Shown here one piece after another: positions 60,119 to 64,000 of a stretch of 64,000 nucleotides of DNA. The notes beneath the pieces were generated by a model that did no database searches, was not told the DNA's origin, and saw only the letters and a list, made by a program, of their open reading frames with translations. A program made the position numbers and the translations under genes. This DNA comes from Planctomycetota bacterium (GTDB lineage: Bacteria > Planctomycetota > B15-G4 > JADJEK01): assembly GCA_044225365.1 (NCBI GenBank), contig JBGAIQ010000014.1, forward strand, positions 80,122 through 144,121. Reading direction: 5' to 3'. Position 1 is the stretch's first letter. Every line of letters begins with the position of its first letter.

Positions 60119-61141
60119 AGACGTATGCGCCGCAAACCTATGGTTCTCTAGGAACTTGTGACGCTCCGAGCGCGGGAAGGGGCGATTCTGGGGGCAATCG
60201 TGAGCGGAAAGCGCCGTCGCAGCGCTCCGCGGCTCGACGATTCGTTCGAGGACTCCGGGATCCCGCTGCGATTTCCCGTCCGCTCGGTTCCTGCTTCCCT
60301 CGACTCCATCGAACGGCCCGACGCTTCGGGTCCGAACGAAGACAGGCGCCGAGTCGTTCCGCTCGGCGGTTCGCTTGCCGACGTGCGCATGCCCGGCGCA
60401 CACGAGCGCACGCTCAATTGCACTCGGCCCGGTTCCCGGCCGAACCACCCGTTCGCGATGCTGCGGACCGGAGAGGCGATTCCGAGTGTTCGCGCCAACG
60501 GCGGGACTCGCGAGTCCTCCGGTGAGGGTCGACGAGGAAGGCGACGAGTCGCCGAGTGCGGAGCCGCGGCGCCGACCGGTCGAACCGCTCCGCCTCTGTG
60601 ACCGTCCGGCGATCCCCGACGACTCGATCGAGCCGGACGAATTCGAACGAAAATCGGAGTGTTGCCGGCGTCGTGACGATCGAGAGGCGGCGCACCCCTA
60701 GGCGGGTCGATGCCGCGCTGGTTGGACTGGATGAAGTGATCCGCGCCTCATCCTGTGGGGGGCGACTTGAATAAGACAACAAGTTAGCGTAAGTCGCTCG
60801 TTAGAACTGACATACCGCCATCGCTGTACCGGGCGCCGACGGAAGCGGACACGCCCCACATCCGAAGATACCGTCGCCGCGCACCCGCTGAACTCACCGA
60901 TTCAAGATGCGCCGCGCATCATCAAGGAGCCCATGAGACAGGCAAATCATGGCTACCCAGCAGGTTAAAAACGTCGCATCCCGGGAGTCCATGAAGTCCA
61001 TTCGCGGACAACCGCTTCCATCGCGATATCGAAGGAGGCAAGGGCCCGTTTGATCCCGAGGGCCTCCAGTGACGCGCACAGAAGGATTGCCGCGCGCGCA
61101 GAAGTGTGTAGGCTTGCGGGGACGGATGAGGAAGATAAGAC

Positions 61142-61582
61142 ATGAAAATCACGTTCATACCGGCGGACGCAGTGTCCAAGAACACGCTGATGGGAGAGCC
61201 GTGCGACATCAAGGGCGCGGCACTGCGCTGGTGGGTAACCAATGCGACATCCAAGGATGGACGGCCCATTGCCGAAGCCATTATGACGTTCTTTGTTTGG
61301 GTGGAATGGGACGCCTTTGACGGCGGTAGAACGCGGAACGTTAGAATCGACATGCGCCGGCAAGTGGATAAGGCAGGCGTTGCCGATCGTACTTACGACG
61401 TCAAGTGGATGCTGCCACCGGTAGGCGGGGCTCACGGCTTTGGCGCGTCATTTCCGATCCTGCTTCCCGTTGGTGACTACGAGATCTTCGCTTCCGACGA
61501 AGATGACGAAGTGCTTGGATTCACCGGCTTCAGCGTGGTCTTGAACGACACTGAACCGGAAAACACGACAGGGTCGCCGTGA
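61142..61582 (+). CDS. Hypothetical protein (beta-rich)
   Basis: GAGGA upstream of the ATG; globular composition; GTGA overlap with the next ORF. Confidence 0.6.
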   Translation: MKITFIPADAVSKNTLMGEPCDIKGAALRWWVTNATSKDGRPIAEAIMTFFVWVEWDAFDGGRTRNVRIDMRRQVDKAGVADRTYDVKWMLPPVGGAHGFGASFPILLPVGDYEIFASDEDDEVLGFTGFSVVLNDTEPENTTGSP

Positions 61583-61896
61583 TACGCGTTGGAATCATTG
61601 ATGACTGGCGGCTCGGAGCACCACAAGACGGGCTCGTTGGTTGCATCGCTATCGATCGTCATGATGGGTACCTGCATTATGTCGCCGCTCGCGCGGCAGA
61701 TGCTCGGCAGTATATTGCCTGCTCAGATAAAGTCAAGACACGCCACTTGCCCGGCGCCGAACTGAGACTATTTCGCTACGAATTATATTCTCTTCCTTTC
61801 CAACGGGGGACACTGCCTAGGCCACAGAATGAGTCCCTTCGATTTCTCACTCGGGGACGCGTCGAGCCGATAGGGGGTGCCGGGCGTGGCGATTGA
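61579..61896 (+). CDS. Hypothetical protein
   Basis: Fills the gap between flanking ORFs with short overlaps at both ends. Confidence 0.4.
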   Translation: MIRVGIIDDWRLGAPQDGLVGCIAIDRHDGYLHYVAARAADARQYIACSDKVKTRHLPGAELRLFRYELYSLPFQRGTLPRPQNESLRFLTRGRVEPIGGAGRGD

Positions 61897-62647
61897 CCTA
61901 GAATACTACGTCGATGAAGGAAAGGACGGGAAGCAGATAGCCGTTGGCGGCATCCTAGCTAGCGCCGCGCAATGGGATACTTTGTATCCCGAGTGGGAGA
62001 CAATACTATCTATCGAGCCTACGGTGCCTTACTGGCATCAGTCCGAGGCCGCATCCGATAGCGAGTTTTTTGGTCTATCCCGTGAGCAGCGCAAACAGCG
62101 CGCTGCGCTACTAACCGCGGTGATTCGCAAGATCAGGCCGCGCATCGTAACCGCTCACATGAAAGCCAAAGCCTACGAGAGTTTGATTCACGGAAAGATA
62201 TCGCTTCCTGCAAAGGCTCGCAAAGTCAAACGCATGATTGCGTCACCCTATCACTTGCTTCACGTCTATCTTATTCGGGCCCTTGAGTGCGAATTGAAGA
62301 CAATGGACTCTGTAGGCAAAGTCAAGATAATCATGGAGCGCTCGGACGACGCGCAACGAGATAAGGACACGGTGGCCACGCTTCTCGACATGAAGCCATG
62401 GTATTTTCGTCCAGGCACGGACCCGATCAGCGAAATAATCGTGAAAGAGGGAAAGACCTCGGAAGCACGAGCCCTTGAGGCGGCGGATATGGCGCTTTGG
62501 CATGTTAGACGCGCCCTCGGTGGGGACGATAGAAGTTCGGTAAGCAAGGAACTTGGAAGCACAAGCGTTGGCATGCTCGAGATAGACGAGGGAACGATGA
62601 GCAACTTCGTCGAACTTCTCAACAAGCGCGCTGACGAACTTGGCTAG
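61886..62647 (+). CDS. DUF3800 family protein (RNase H-like fold predicted)
   Basis: N-terminal YVDEG...AVGG, YWH, C-terminal LEAADMALW. Confidence 0.78.
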   Translation: MAIDLEYYVDEGKDGKQIAVGGILASAAQWDTLYPEWETILSIEPTVPYWHQSEAASDSEFFGLSREQRKQRAALLTAVIRKIRPRIVTAHMKAKAYESLIHGKISLPAKARKVKRMIASPYHLLHVYLIRALECELKTMDSVGKVKIIMERSDDAQRDKDTVATLLDMKPWYFRPGTDPISEIIVKEGKTSEARALEAADMALWHVRRALGGDDRSSVSKELGSTSVGMLEIDEGTMSNFVELLNKRADELG

Positions 62648-62731
62648 CACCTCCCTCCGTCCGGGCTCGGCGTCTCATAGGCGATGGAATTCGGAAAGAA
62701 CCCTTACCCGTCGTTTGTTTTTCCCTCCCTG

Positions 62732-63481
62732 TCAACGCTCCCTTGGTATGGCGTCCCACCATTGCCGGATTGTGTCTTGCGAGATAGGGGAGTCTGCGTG
62801 CGCGATTCGCGATTCGAATAATGACCACAGTGCGCGGTCGCCCTTGGTCATGTACCTACGAAGCGCCCACATGTACATGTCGGCCGCCTCAAGCGGTCTA
62901 GTTTCCGGGGACTTCCCATTCTCGACGGTTATACTCTCGTAGCGGTCGAGGTCGTTGCCAAGCATCCAAGTTGCGCAGTCGACGACGGCTTCAGTTCCGG
63001 GACTCGTCGAGTTCTCCATGACGACCATGACGCGATCAGTTGATGCGATATCGACTAGGCGCATGGAAATGGCTTTGCCAATGCCCGCGCAAAGGATGCT
63101 GTAGGGCGATGCGTAGTGATTCACCGCGGCGTGCCTAATCGAAATTGTATCCGGTCTTCGCTCGATGTTTGGCTTCTTAGGAACGACGACGTTCCAATCT
63201 TCGGCCCGGAGACTTACCGAAATACCCCACGGATTAGCCGCGACAATCGCCGCGGCGAGATCGGCGACGAATTGCTTGTAATGCTCGATGCCGAGTTCGA
63301 TCCACGGAGATTTCTTGTGGGCGTACGCGTCGGCTTGGTGCCAATGACTAAGTCTCGGATCTCGACTCAGAATTCGATTCCATTCGTCGGCGAGGGCCTC
63401 CCAGCGTTCGACAGTCGCCATCAGGCCGCCGACTAGGTAGGTAGTGTCATCCCCGGTCTCGTCGAGGTAGACGGCGAGCAT
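62732..63481 (-). CDS. DUF3800 family protein, convergent paralog
   Basis: MLAVYLDETG...LVGG, HWH, PYSIL, LEAADMYMW; start may be 63517. Confidence 0.78.
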   Translation of the reverse strand: MLAVYLDETGDDTTYLVGGLMATVERWEALADEWNRILSRDPRLSHWHQADAYAHKKSPWIELGIEHYKQFVADLAAAIVAANPWGISVSLRAEDWNVVVPKKPNIERRPDTISIRHAAVNHYASPYSILCAGIGKAISMRLVDIASTDRVMVVMENSTSPGTEAVVDCATWMLGNDLDRYESITVENGKSPETRPLEAADMYMWALRRYMTKGDRALWSLFESRIAHADSPISQDTIRQWWDAIPRER

Positions 63482-63745
63482 CAGGACCACCGCGTCAGGT
63501 TGCCAATCCATGCCCATCGTGAGGACAGGGAAAGAGTCGGTGAGGTCTCGCGGCGCGCGCGGCTTGGTTGGTACAAAGGCGGGCACTGCACGGGGCATTC
63601 CATGTGCGCAAGATAGCCGCCTGCCGGCCGAGCGGGTCAAGCATGGCTGCGAGAGTCTTGGACTCCGCCCGGTTCATTCCGGGATCGAGGCTGACCGAGT
63701 ACCTGCAGCCCTGACAAGCCGATCGAATGTTCGTATTCTGTTCGG

Positions 63746-63961
63746 ATGCCGAAGAATGAGCTTTCTTGCATGCGCTGCGGGCGCCCTCGCGGAGACGAGC
63801 CCGAACGCATCTTCAAGTTCGCGGTGACGCTTCCCCGTAGCGACGTGCTGTGCTTCGCCGGGCATCTCTGCTCCGCGCGCGAAAAGGCACTCTCCGTGCT
63901 CGCGCGGCGAGCCGGCAGACTCGCGAACGAGGCCGGCCGAGCGCTGTACCGCAAAGGTTGA
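63746..63961 (+). CDS. Small Cys-containing hypothetical protein (phage-like)
   Basis: CMRC and C-x5-C; followed at once by AGGAG-ATG (63967) of another ORF running off the window. Confidence 0.45.
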   Translation: MPKNELSCMRCGRPRGDEPERIFKFAVTLPRSDVLCFAGHLCSAREKALSVLARRAGRLANEAGRALYRKG

Positions 63962-64000
63962 GGAGCATGGTAGACCGAACTCCGAAGACCGCCGGGCATA

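Larger units (their letters stand above)
60119..64000. mobile_element. End of an integrative element (prophage/ICE/genomic island) continuing beyond the window
   Basis: Lies on the element side of the tRNA 3' fragment; visibly lower GC and different codon usage from ~60.7 kb; arm-site-like GGGGCGAT/GGGGCAAT direct repeat near 60180-60200. No integrase seen in the window. Confidence 0.7.

Noticed and set aside
60071-60150. Complete tRNA-Arg gene
   Set aside because: D arm and 5' acceptor strand are missing; treated as an att fragment.
59650-60900. Assorted 70-330 aa ORFs around the att site
   Set aside because: No recognisable motifs, mutually overlapping and several cross the tRNA fragment; no integrase signature found.

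Overview
GC-rich chromosomal segment, most likely from an uncultured Planctomycetota (inferred from planctomycete cytochrome c/DUF1553 proteins, two DUF1501 genes, DUF1800 and a planctomycete-type ECF sigma factor). Family calls come from motif recognition by eye; no database searches were run. Left to right: a DUF1549/1553-DUF1501-cytochrome cluster; a sigma54-type unit encoding an IPT/TIG protein and a collagen-like fibre, next to a truncated REC-Fis protein; a hybrid kinase; a single ORF fusing full-length threonyl-tRNA synthetase to a complete L-threonine 3-dehydrogenase; a diaminopimelate/lysine operon (M20-asd-lysC-dapB-dapA-dapD-aminotransferase) behind a lysine riboswitch; two chemoreceptors; many secreted proteins; and, at about 60.1 kb, a tRNA-Arg(CCT) 3' fragment marking the edge of an integrated lower-GC element with two convergent DUF3800 genes. 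Best novelty candidates: (1) the ThrRS-Tdh fusion, (2) two families of shared C-terminal domains on secreted proteins that may be sorting/anchoring signals, (3) a lysine riboswitch in this lineage, (4) an AAA-less enhancer-binding-like protein beside a sigma54 enhancer/promoter, (5) a hairpin repeat family in two arrays, (6) the DUF3800 pair in the island.
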